DNA from: a virus
Taxonomy: Duplodnaviria > Caudoviricetes
Reading direction: 5' to 3' (one strand)
DNA length: 62,516 nt
IMG/VR virus record: IMGVR_UViG_3300023199_000083
Coordinates: 1-62,516 of that record
Both the position numbers and the translations under genes were made by a program. Positions 37,194 to 45,131 of the stretch are shown piece by piece. Positions within the stretch are counted from its first letter, which is position 1. Each line of letters opens with the position of its first letter. The notes under the pieces are model-generated. The model made no database searches, was not told the origin of the DNA, and saw nothing but the letters and a program-made list of their open reading frames with translations.

Positions 37194-37427
37194 ATGATGA
37201 TGAAATGCAAACACGCCACCACCACCACCGACGCCACGAGCGTCCGCTGCTACGCCGGGCCCGTGGCGGTAGCGGGACACGAGAACCGTGCCGCGCACGG
37301 CTGCATCACCCAGGTAGAGAGGTGCCTGGACTGCGGCGCGGAGCGGCGCGTCAACGTCAACGGCGTCCACTACGAGGTGGGGCCGTGGGGCCCGTCGCGG
37401 TCCCAACTGGCCCGCGAGGCCGAATAA
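37194..37427 (+). CDS. Hypothetical protein
   Basis: GGAGG RBS; CKH...CLDCGAERRVN. Confidence 0.6.
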   Translation: MMMKCKHATTTTDATSVRCYAGPVAVAGHENRAAHGCITQVERCLDCGAERRVNVNGVHYEVGPWGPSRSQLAREAE

Positions 37428-37708
37428 TCGCCAATCGCCAAGAGACAACTTTAACAGGGGAAACCAGGGGAAACCATGTTTCATCAATCAAACCTAGGCG
37501 CATTCGCGCCGGTCAGCTGTGCCGACATGGACGGATACATTCCCGAGGCCGGAGACGGACCATGGGATCTCTCGTACGATAGGGCAAGAAGATGAAAACC
37601 GAAATGAATCGACCCGACAAGGGGTGGGCGGGCGTCAACGCCGACCCCGACGACATCGCCGACGACATCGCCGATGCGATCACTGACGACGAAATGGAGG
37701 CTGCCCGG

Positions 37709-37796
37709 TAGAGCCAGCGGTAACCGAGTCGCCGCCAAGAGAATCAGATTTCAGAATCAGGTGGACCGGCGACTTCGGTTCACCGCATGGTTATAA
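37709..37796 (+). repeat. attC-like site P1 (degenerate left core)
   Basis: GCGGTAACCGAGTCGCC...GGCGACTTCGGTTCACCGCATG-GTTATAA. Confidence 0.75.
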
Positions 37797-37804
37797 GGAA
37801 AACA

Positions 37805-38137
37805 ATGGCCATCTACAACGCAGAAATCACCCGAATCGACACTAACGAAATCAGCAACATTGGTCGCGTTGCAAATAGCGGAAAGATGAACATGTTCCGA
37901 GCAATGCAAGCCAACAGCGAAACGGTTTGCAACCTGTTTGACGATTGCGGCAATTTTGAGTTCGTCTGGAACACTTCCGCGAAGGTGTGGGAGTTTTTCA
38001 ACGAGGCTGGTGAATTGGTCGGACGCATGAAGGCAGAACGCGACACAGAAGCCGAGCACGCCAAAAAGGTTGCCTATTATAACGAATGCAAAGCAGCATA
38101 CGAGGCAGCCAATGTCGCGGACGCCGGGCAAAGGTAA
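37805..38137 (+). CDS. Cassette hypothetical protein
   Basis: AAGGA RBS after P1. Confidence 0.7.
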   Translation: MAIYNAEITRIDTNEISNIGRVANSGKMNMFRAMQANSETVCNLFDDCGNFEFVWNTSAKVWEFFNEAGELVGRMKAERDTEAEHAKKVAYYNECKAAYEAANVADAGQR

Positions 38138-38327
38138 GCGGATCGGGCGTCCGCCAAAGGAAAACGCAAAGGTTGCGATTTCGGGGCGACGATCAGGCAG
38201 AAATCGAGGAAGTGTCACCATGCGACATTGAGGAACGTGCGGGGCGCGGGTCGGTTTGGCGGCGAACGCTAGCCGGCGAGCTGATCGACGATCGATATCA
38301 CGGCACCGTTTCGGTCGAGTGATTTTT

Positions 38328-38356
38328 GTTAACCGACCCGGCCCAGCGGTTATATT
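38328..38356 (+). promoter_or_regulatory. GTTAAC-family promoter; leader nearly identical to 44343-44400
   Basis: GTTAAC-17-TATATT-AGGG.AGACAACAACACCATTTT. Confidence 0.7.
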
Positions 38357-38395
38357 AGGGTAGACAACAACACCATTTTACAGGGGAAGAAGACG

Positions 38396-38941
38396 ATGAC
38401 CGACATTTATTTTCAGGCCGACGATTTTTCTACGGTATCCCTCGACGGGGGATACCGGATGTGGCGACGCAACGAGGGCCAGGTCGCGTCATTTGGCGGC
38501 TACCACGCCCGCGGCAAGATCGTGGGCGGCGAGCATTGGACCGGCCGCGACATCGCGACCGGCGGCATGGGCAACAGCGGTGTGCGGGTGATCGTTCCGG
38601 TGAGCCGCGAGGCTCGCGCGCTCGTGCGGATGCACGTCACCGAGTGCTGGGTCAATCGGTACGGCATCTCGTACAGAGAGTCCGATGCCTTGTACGCGCA
38701 CCGCGGCCCGTACAAATACGAGCTGATCGCGGACATCTGCGCCGCGATCAATGACGAGGCGTGCCACGATGCGTTCTTGCGATTCCCCGGCGTTGGGCCG
38801 GGACTGCACCACGACTGGTGCGCTCGATGGGGCGACGTGGTTGCCCCATATCTTACCCGTTCATGGCCCCGCAACGAGGCCTTGATTGAGGCGGTGAATC
38901 ACGTGATTCGCGCAACGTCGCGTGAGTTCCAGTCCGCCTAA
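38396..38941 (+). CDS. Hypothetical protein
   Basis: Follows the promoter; TAA lies within GCCTAAC. Confidence 0.7.
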   Translation: MTDIYFQADDFSTVSLDGGYRMWRRNEGQVASFGGYHARGKIVGGEHWTGRDIATGGMGNSGVRVIVPVSREARALVRMHVTECWVNRYGISYRESDALYAHRGPYKYELIADICAAINDEACHDAFLRFPGVGPGLHHDWCARWGDVVAPYLTRSWPRNEALIEAVNHVIRATSREFQSA

Positions 38942-39044
38942 CGCTTGGGATCAACGGGCACCGACGAAAAAGGTTTGAACTACGGAAGATTCATGGAACT
39001 ACAAAACAACGCCACCGGTGCTCCGTTGCATCCCATTGTTACTA
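38936..39044 (+). repeat. attC-like site P2
   Basis: GCCTAAC..TGGGATCAACGGGCACCG...CGGTGCTCCGTTGCATCCCATT-GTTACTA. Confidence 0.9.
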
Positions 39045-39712
39045 TGCCGTTCGCCCCGTATTACGACGAGGACGGGATTACGATCTACAACGCGGATTGC
39101 CGGAAAGTGCTGCCGTGGCTGGCGAGGGTTGACGTATTGCTGACCGATCCACCATACGGCATCGGTGCAGCGTCCGAGACGTTTACGCGCAAAGGAAAAC
39201 AGACCGGAAAATCGTTGGCGGTGAGTGGCGTGAATTACGAGCCAAGCAAATGGGACAGCGAACCGCCACCGCGTTGGTTTCTCGATGCCGCGCAAGAGTG
39301 TGCGGAAACGTCGATACTGTGGGGCGGGAATTATTACGGGTTGCCGTCGTCGTCGTGTTGGTTGGTGTGGGACAAGGACAACGGCGAAAACCTGTACGCG
39401 GATTGCGAGTTGGCGTGGACGAACATGCAGCGGGCGGTGCGGAAATTTAAGTGGAAGTGGCACGGCATGTTGCAGGAGAACATGGGCGACAAGAAAGAGC
39501 ATCGAGTTCACCCGACGCAAAAGCCGTTGGCGTTGATGCGGTGGTGTTTGTCGTTGGTTCCAGATGCGGAAACAGTGTTAGACCCGTTCGCGGGCAGCGG
39601 CACCACGTTGGTGGCCGCAAGGTTAGAAGGCCGCAAGGCTATTGGGATCGAGATCAGCGAGAAGTATTGCGAGTCGGCGGCAAACCGGCTGGCACAACGG
39701 ACGTTGTTCTAG
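39044..39712 (+). CDS. DNA N4/N6 methyltransferase (beta class)
   Basis: LTDPPYG...HPTQKP...VLDPFAGSGTT...GIEI; alternative start at 38993 in the attC loop. Confidence 0.95.
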   Translation: MPFAPYYDEDGITIYNADCRKVLPWLARVDVLLTDPPYGIGAASETFTRKGKQTGKSLAVSGVNYEPSKWDSEPPPRWFLDAAQECAETSILWGGNYYGLPSSSCWLVWDKDNGENLYADCELAWTNMQRAVRKFKWKWHGMLQENMGDKKEHRVHPTQKPLALMRWCLSLVPDAETVLDPFAGSGTTLVAARLEGRKAIGIEISEKYCESAANRLAQRTLF

Positions 39713-39716
39713 GTCA

Positions 39717-39809
39717 TGGTAACGCTGGCCGTCACCGGGCGGCGGGAGAAAATTATGACTACAAAAAAAACGCAGCTACCGCCGCTCCGTGTTCACGCAA
39801 TTGTTATGC
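39717..39809 (+). repeat. attC-like site P3
   Basis: TGGTAAC...GGGCGGCGG...CCGCCGCTCC...GTTATGC. Confidence 0.85.
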
Positions 39810-40126
39810 GCCCCGGTCCCGGCTGGAAACACGTTACAGGGCCAGTGTGGGACCACGTAAGCGGAGTGCGATTGCACATGAGCGGACTGGTTCGGTTGCC
39901 GGATGGCAACACTGTGTCGGCCAACCAGTGTCCGCAATCGAAGTCCGCCGACCGTGCCGTGCGAATTGCCGGAAGCCGTCGCCGTGGACTGATGGTGTGG
40001 GCGCTGTGGTGCCTCGATCATCGTTGCAAGTTTGACGAGGTGTACTATGGCCATCAGTGCAATGTCTGTGGATTGTTTTTCGCGCACGGCTGCGCCCCGT
40101 GGGATGCCGTGCCTGAGTACGCATAA
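39755..40126 (+). CDS. Cassette protein (start inside the attC loop)
   Basis: GGGAGA-AAATT-ATG. Confidence 0.65.
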   Translation: MTTKKTQLPPLRVHAIVMRPGPGWKHVTGPVWDHVSGVRLHMSGLVRLPDGNTVSANQCPQSKSADRAVRIAGSRRRGLMVWALWCLDHRCKFDEVYYGHQCNVCGLFFAHGCAPWDAVPEYA

Positions 40127-40210
40127 CGCCTAAATTCACCGGGCCGCCCCCGGTGATCGTTGAATTGAGAACCCGCGCCGGGGGCGGCCCGGTGCAATTT
40201 TTGGTTATCC
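40121..40210 (+). repeat. attC-like site P4
   Basis: GCATAAC..AAATTCACCGGGCCGCCCCCGG...CCGGGGGCGGCCCGGTGCAATTT..GTTATCC. Confidence 0.92.
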
Positions 40211-40237
40211 GCTGTTTGCGGGGCCGCGAAAGGAAAG

Positions 40238-40528
40238 ATGGACATGTTTATCGCGTATCAGAAGTGGCAAAATCCGAGCTACATGAGTGGGCCGCGCTAC
40301 TCGCGCCGAGTTTACGGCACAGGAGAGACGGAGCAAGAAGCGCTTTTTTTCGCGACCCACTACCGGCGCAATGGTGAGTGGTGGACGTATGGGTCTGGGA
40401 GTGGACACCCCAACGCCTCAGACTTGAGCGTCGAGGAAGTGGACGACGACGAAGTGGACGACGACGAAGTGGACGTCGAGGAAGTGGACGACTACGACTA
40501 CGACGACGAAGTGGACGACTACGAATGA
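40238..40528 (+). CDS. Cassette protein with an acidic EVDDD-repeat tail
   Basis: AAGGA RBS; 15-nt GAAGTGGACGACGAC repeats. Confidence 0.7.
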   Translation: MDMFIAYQKWQNPSYMSGPRYSRRVYGTGETEQEALFFATHYRRNGEWWTYGSGSGHPNASDLSVEEVDDDEVDDDEVDVEEVDDYDYDDEVDDYE

Positions 40529-40589
40529 TCCGCCATTTTTCCGTTGCCGTGTCCCGTGTCTTCGGATGCGGGGCGCGGCGCGGTTTGGC

Positions 40590-40680
40590 GGATAACGCTA
40601 CCCGTAACCGGGCCGCGAGGGTTGAGCCGACCACGCGAGAACGCCCGCAATCGCGGCTCCGGTGCAATTTTTTGTTATGC
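40590..40680 (+). repeat. attC-like site P5 (chimeric)
   Basis: GGATAAC...GTTATGC; left arm as P6, right arm as P4. Confidence 0.85.
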
Positions 40681-41183
40681 GGAATGGGTTTGCAGGTCAC
40701 GAAAACACAACGGCCAACCATCACGATTGGATTACGCCGCGCCACATCGTTGAAGCGTTGGGGCCGTTTAATCTGGACCCGTGCCAATCGTTGAATCAAC
40801 CGTGGAAGTGTGCCGAAAGTGGATTTACGGTCAATGATGATGGGTTGTCGAAATTGTGGCGGGGCGTTGTGTGGATGAATCCACCATACGGCAGGGCGAT
40901 CGAGAAATGGATGCGACGGCTTGCCGAGCACGGGAACGGAATCGGGTTGATGTTTGCGAGAACCGATACGCGGTGGTTTCAGGATCACTGCCAGCATCAC
41001 GCGGGCATGCTGTTCCTGCGTGGTCGTGTTCGGTTTCACGATGGAAACGGCAACCAGTTCGACAGGAAGGGCGGCGGGGCGTGTGCAACGTCGCCAAGTG
41101 TGTTGGTCGCGTTCGGTGACGAGTGCGGGCAACGATTGATTGCTTGCGGTTTGGACGGCTTACGGGTCGTGCCTTCCGCATAA
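40677..41183 (+). CDS. Phage N6-adenine DNA methyltransferase (Dam-like)
   Basis: WITP..IVEALGPFNLDPC...DGL...VWMNPPYG...ARTDTRWFQ...FLRGRVRF. Confidence 0.92.
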   Translation: MRNGFAGHENTTANHHDWITPRHIVEALGPFNLDPCQSLNQPWKCAESGFTVNDDGLSKLWRGVVWMNPPYGRAIEKWMRRLAEHGNGIGLMFARTDTRWFQDHCQHHAGMLFLRGRVRFHDGNGNQFDRKGGGACATSPSVLVAFGDECGQRLIACGLDGLRVVPSA

Positions 41184-41269
41184 CGCTACCCGTAACCGGG
41201 CGGCGACGAGAAACATTGATTTGCGATTCACGCGGCCATCGCCGCTCCGTGTGCATCGGGTTGTTATAC
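41178..41269 (+). repeat. attC-like site P6
   Basis: GCATAAC..ACCCG..GGGCGGCGA...TCGCCGCTCC..CGGGTT-GTTATAC. Confidence 0.88.
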
Positions 41270-41287
41270 GGCGGCGGATCTTGGGAG

Positions 41288-41512
41288 ATGAAAATGAGTC
41301 AGTACTATCACGCTGGCGCGATGGACGAAAATAACGATGTGCTGTGGAGCGATCATACCCGCCGTTCCGCGGCGGCAGCGGAACGGGAAGCGTTAGAGAT
41401 GGCCCGCAAAACTGGCAGGAGAGCAATAGTGGAAACGTGGGACCGCTTGCACGGGCTACGCCCAGGAGACGCCAATGCGGTCAATGATGCGTACATGGTT
41501 GAGTCCGTATAA
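41288..41512 (+). CDS. Cassette hypothetical protein
   Basis: GGGAG RBS; TAA lies within GTATAAC. Confidence 0.65.
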   Translation: MKMSQYYHAGAMDENNDVLWSDHTRRSAAAAEREALEMARKTGRRAIVETWDRLHGLRPGDANAVNDAYMVESV

Positions 41513-41615
41513 CGTCAGCGATCAGCGGGGCCGGGGAGCAACCAAAGAGGTAAACCATGCGTGAAGATTCAGAACAGCCGGAAGATTTCGGCTCCGTTGC
41601 ATCGCATTGTTCGTC
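41507..41615 (+). repeat. attC-like site P7
   Basis: GTATAAC..GCGATCAGCGGGGCCG...CGGCTCCGTTGCATCGCATT-GTTCGTC. Confidence 0.9.
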
Positions 41616-41796
41616 GGCTCAATCTGTGCAGCGATGTCGCATACAGTCGGACACGCGATACGGTGCGGTTCACCGTCTCGGGCGGTTGGGGACCGAGACA
41701 GACTGCGGATTGAATATAAGCGACGGTGGCTGGTGGGTTTTGGGCAATGAATTAAAACACGCAGTTACATGTCGAGCATGCTTGAAAGTTCGATGA
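41557..41796 (+). CDS. Cassette protein (H...CG...CxxC; start inside the attC loop)
   Basis: GAGG-TAAACC-ATG in the P7 loop. Confidence 0.65.
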   Translation: MREDSEQPEDFGSVASHCSSAQSVQRCRIQSDTRYGAVHRLGRLGTETDCGLNISDGGWWVLGNELKHAVTCRACLKVR

Positions 41797-41896
41797 ACGT
41801 CAAGGATAACCGAGCGGAGATTAAACGTGGAAAACCAAGAGACTCAAAGGGCAACCGAGACGGACAATTCCGCTTCGGTTCATCCGTTTGTTATCT
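41792..41896 (+). repeat. attC-like site P8
   Basis: GATGAAC..GGATAACCGAGCGGA...TCCGCTTCGGTTCATCC..GTTATCT. Confidence 0.9.
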
Positions 41897-42021
41897 GGCA
41901 ATGTCGTTGCGGCTGGATGGTGGAAGATGTCTGTTACCAACAGGCACGAATAGATTTCGAATGTCCGAAATGCCACGATCGCAAGTTCAGCGAATTTCTG
42001 CGTCGAAATTTAGCCAGATAA
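41827..42021 (+). CDS. Cassette zinc-ribbon protein (start inside the attC loop)
   Basis: GGAG-ATTAAAC-GTG; CRCG...CPKC. Confidence 0.65.
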   Translation: MENQETQRATETDNSASVHPFVIWQCRCGWMVEDVCYQQARIDFECPKCHDRKFSEFLRRNLAR

Positions 42022-42113
42022 CGGTTTGATTAACCGGCTCGATGGGCGAGCCGGACGTTGACTTACTACAAAACCTGACCGCCCATCGAGTCCGGTTCAA
42101 TCAATTGTTCGCA
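42016..42113 (+). repeat. attC-like site P9
   Basis: AGATAAC..TTGATTAACCGGCTCGATGGGCG...CGCCCATCGAGTCCGGTTCAATCAATT-GTTCGCA. Confidence 0.92.
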
Positions 42114-42121
42114 GGTGAATC

Positions 42122-42442
42122 ATGGTTGACGCAGCCACGAAAAAACGAGTTACGCAACAGCACGTAGACGCGATCGCAGCAAATTCCGGCCCGGTATATG
42201 GCATCCGCTTGATTCGCAGTTTGCCGATCGGCACATCAGGAATGACGCAGGCGATGCCGGGGCGTGATGATCTTGCGAAAGTTCGTGACGTCAGCGAGAG
42301 AACGGCAGCCGGTTATGAGGTGCTGTTGAGCCACTATCGTCAGCAGCAAGATGAGGTCAAGCGATTGACGGCGTTGATACGCAATGTCATTGCAGGCCGG
42401 TGGAGCGTGACAGATCTACAGGAAGCAATCGGGGACGTGTAG
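42122..42442 (+). CDS. Cassette hypothetical protein
   Basis: AGGTG RBS after P9. Confidence 0.65.
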   Translation: MVDAATKKRVTQQHVDAIAANSGPVYGIRLIRSLPIGTSGMTQAMPGRDDLAKVRDVSERTAAGYEVLLSHYRQQQDEVKRLTALIRNVIAGRWSVTDLQEAIGDV

Positions 42443-42607
42443 TTCTTGCGAACAAGAAGTATACAGGCGTCTGTATAAAACGGTGGATTGATATGGATAA
42501 CGACCAAGTTGACCGGGCCGATTGCTAAGGAGAAAAGGTGAACAGTAAAAAAATCTTTGACAGTTCGGGTGAGCCGGCCAGAAATTAACAATCGAAGGGA
42601 AACGAAA

Positions 42608-42838
42608 ATGACGACCGCAACGAAAATTTACCGAGGGATGATCGAGACGCCCGCATTGCCCCGACTGCGCGAAATCGCCAAGGAGTGCGGCGGCGAGGTC
42701 GAGGAGATGCGCGATTTCACGAACGTCTGGCCAAACCGCAATACCGATCCTGGTACGCGACACCGACGATTAGGCCGCACCCTGGTGGCGCAGGGCTGGG
42801 ACGGCAACGTGCTGTACGGTGTGACCTGCTGGGATTGA
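42608..42838 (+). CDS. Hypothetical protein
   Basis: AAGGGA RBS. Confidence 0.6.
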   Translation: MTTATKIYRGMIETPALPRLREIAKECGGEVEEMRDFTNVWPNRNTDPGTRHRRLGRTLVAQGWDGNVLYGVTCWD

Positions 42839-42849
42839 GGAGCCGAGAC

Positions 42850-43044
42850 GTGGCGAAGAAAAAGCGAGGACGAGGCCGGCCGGCGACGGGCAAGACACCC
42901 GTCCGCCAGTTGGGCCGGATCGACGATGAGAAGTGGAGATTGATCGTCCGCGCGGCGGAACTGTGCGGGCAGTCGATCACCGAGTTTTGTATGGAAACGC
43001 TGGTCAGACGTGCCAAGCGTGTCATCCGTGACCGTGACGGATAA
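42850..43044 (+). CDS. Ribbon-helix-helix-like regulator
   Basis: GRGRPATGKTP..LGRIDDEKW..IVRAAELCGQSITEF. Confidence 0.65.
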   Translation: MAKKKRGRGRPATGKTPVRQLGRIDDEKWRLIVRAAELCGQSITEFCMETLVRRAKRVIRDRDG

Positions 43045-43130
43045 CGCTTGGGATAACCGAGTGGCGACGAAAGATTTTACCAGTGGATTGACGCGGACTT
43101 CGCGGCTCCGTGTTCACCGCTTTGTTATGC
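43039..43130 (+). repeat. attC-like site P11
   Basis: GGATAAC...GTTATGC; imperfect arms. Confidence 0.75.
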
Positions 43131-43148
43131 GGCGAATGGAGTGATCTC

Positions 43149-43385
43149 ATGACCCCGAATTGCATCCTCTTCGTGCGAGACGGGCTACTCTCGTTTCGTA
43201 GGAACACTCAGACGCTTCCGCAGGGCGCTGTGCCCCTCGAATACGATTGCACAAATCTGGCACACCGCGAGGTACGTAGAGTCGCGGAAGATTGGAACTG
43301 GGAGTGGTGTGGTAACTCCTACCCCGCACGTCTGCCGATCGCCCCCGATACATGCGAGAGGGCGGTTGGCGTCGATACCATGTAG
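43149..43385 (+). CDS. Cassette hypothetical protein
   Basis: GGAG RBS after P11. Confidence 0.6.
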   Translation: MTPNCILFVRDGLLSFRRNTQTLPQGAVPLEYDCTNLAHREVRRVAEDWNWEWCGNSYPARLPIAPDTCERAVGVDTM

Positions 43386-43434
43386 AGCCACATAACTAAG
43401 ATTGGATGTTCACGAAACGGATTTCGTGAAGATC

Positions 43435-43520
43435 GCATAACGTCCGCGATAACGCGGCCGAGGGAAACTATGAGCAAATCAGAAAGCGTTGACGGCTCGC
43501 GTTCATCGCCGTTGTTATGT
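43435..43520 (+). repeat. attC-like site P12
   Basis: GCATAAC..GCGATAACGCGGCCG...CGGCTCGCGTTCATCGCC..GTTATGT. Confidence 0.88.
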
Positions 43521-43955
43521 GCTGATCCCACGGATTACGTCGTCACGGTGCCGATGAATTTCACCTGCGAAGACGCGCCCGGCATGAAGGGTCTCGACGC
43601 TTGGATTGCGGAAGGTGACGCAGCAGGCGATCTAAGCAGCGGCCAAGAGTGGTGGTTCACGACCTACGGTGTGTTGCCCGTATTCGTGCCTGGATGCCGC
43701 CTCTACGTCGTGTGCGAGGATCGGTTGCGAGGTTACGCACCAATCACGCGGATCATGTTCGACGAGTCGCGTGTGAAATATGGCAAGGCCCCGCTGGCGT
43801 TCGTCCGTGAAGGTGGGGCCGTGGCCGTGACGATCGGCGAGAAGATTACCGGATTTCGGGGCTACCGTCGCCGATGGTGGGACCGTGCCGACGAGATACC
43901 GTTTCCCGATTGGAAAACGGCAGACCGAAGAAACCGTGCCCGTGGTGGCACATAA
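43470..43955 (+). CDS. Cassette protein, possibly PUA/EVE-like fold (start inside the attC loop)
   Basis: WIAEGDAAG...PGCRLYVV..RLRGYAP...ITGFRGYR. Confidence 0.6.
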   Translation: MSKSESVDGSRSSPLLCADPTDYVVTVPMNFTCEDAPGMKGLDAWIAEGDAAGDLSSGQEWWFTTYGVLPVFVPGCRLYVVCEDRLRGYAPITRIMFDESRVKYGKAPLAFVREGGAVAVTIGEKITGFRGYRRRWWDRADEIPFPDWKTADRRNRARGGT

Positions 43956-44039
43956 CGCTTGTGATATTTCGTTGCGAGCGAACGATTAACCATTGAGAGA
44001 AAACATGAACGAGCAATCGAAATCATCACATTGTTCTAC
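43950..44039 (+). repeat. attC-like site P13
   Basis: ACATAAC..TGTGATATTTCGTTGC...GCAATCGAAATCATCACATT-GTTCTAC. Confidence 0.88.
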
Positions 44040-44229
44040 GTCCCTTGCCGACGCAATGGAGACGGTGGAACTGTGGGTAGATTTATGGGCCGACGATCAG
44101 GCAGAAATCGAGGAAGTGTCACCATGCGACATTGAGGAACGTAAGGTCATTGCGGCAGTGCATGTCGTGTTGAACGCGATCAAGTCAAAGGGGGCCGTCC
44201 CCGATGTGGGTGATGGCTACCGGTTGTGA
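44005..44229 (+). CDS. Cassette protein (start inside the attC loop)
   Basis: GAGAG-AAAAC-ATG in the P13 loop. Confidence 0.55.
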   Translation: MNEQSKSSHCSTSLADAMETVELWVDLWADDQAEIEEVSPCDIEERKVIAAVHVVLNAIKSKGAVPDVGDGYRL

Positions 44230-44342
44230 TCTCACAAAGTTGCCGAGTCGTATTGGGACGGCCAATCGTGGCGAGAACTAACGCGACACAATCCAGCGGT
44301 ATAACGACTGAGATTCGGCTCGGCAGGAAGCCGAGAATCTTT

Positions 44343-44371
44343 GTTAACCGCACCTGCCCAGCGGTTATATT
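44343..44371 (+). promoter_or_regulatory. GTTAAC-family promoter
   Basis: GTTAAC-17-TATATT. Confidence 0.7.
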
Positions 44372-44408
44372 AGGGCAGACAACAACACCATTTTTTAAAG
44401 GGGAAACC

Positions 44409-45044
44409 ATGAAGACGAGTAAGACAGTTCAGAAAATCTACCAATCAGCACGCGAGAGCCGAGACGATAGCGGCCGGGCATGGCTGGCAACAAAGGACGT
44501 GGCCGCATTGATCCGGCACCGGCTCCGGGTGGCGTTCCCGGGCGTCAAATTCTCAGTCCGGGCCAAAGTCTACAGCGGCGGCTCTTCGGTCCATATCTAC
44601 TGGTCCGATGGCCCGGTCGATTTCGAGGTCGAGCAAGTCGCGAACGCCTATTCATTCGGCGGGTTCGATGGCATGATCGATCTGAAATATCACAATGACA
44701 ATTGGCTGCTTCCCGACGGATCGATGGATCCGGCCTGGTCGCCGGGTACCGAAAGAAGCGGCGGGTCCTATCCCAACTATGCCACCGACTGCCCCGCACC
44801 GGGCGCCGTTATGGTGAGCGGCGGTCCGGATCACGTTTTCGCCTATCGTCGGATCAGCGAGCAGCACAAGCAGCGACTGATGGTCGAGGCCGGGCGCCGC
44901 TACGGATTCGATCACAACGAGTATTCGGACGAATCGCGGGACTTCGTTCCGGGCATGAACGCCTCGGCATGGATGCTGGCAGTCAAACTTGAAGCGCAGA
45001 CACGACGGGAAGAGCTGGAGAAAAACGAACAGGCGACCGCCTAA
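44409..45044 (+). CDS. LPD29-like domain protein
   Basis: AALIRHRLRVAFPGVKFSVR..YSGGSSVHIYWSDGP...FDGMIDLK. Confidence 0.75.
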   Translation: MKTSKTVQKIYQSARESRDDSGRAWLATKDVAALIRHRLRVAFPGVKFSVRAKVYSGGSSVHIYWSDGPVDFEVEQVANAYSFGGFDGMIDLKYHNDNWLLPDGSMDPAWSPGTERSGGSYPNYATDCPAPGAVMVSGGPDHVFAYRRISEQHKQRLMVEAGRRYGFDHNEYSDESRDFVPGMNASAWMLAVKLEAQTRREELEKNEQATA

Positions 45045-45131
45045 GCAGTATTTCCCTGCCCGCTCCGGGCCGTTGTGGTGTCGGCATTCCAAACCGGGGC
45101 GGGTTCTTTTTACAATAGCGAAACGGTAACG

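Larger units (their letters stand above)
37709..44039 (+). mobile_element. Plus-strand array of attC-like gene cassettes
   Basis: Eleven to twelve palindromes of 86-109 bp bounded by NNNWAAC...GTTNNNN, plus atypical sites; mostly one gene per interval. Confidence 0.9.

Noticed and set aside
34462-44039. Palindromes as simple terminators, REP elements or CRISPR repeats
   Set aside because: No U-tracts; sequences are diverse but keep AAC/GTT cores with cassette-end complementarity; the intervals are whole genes
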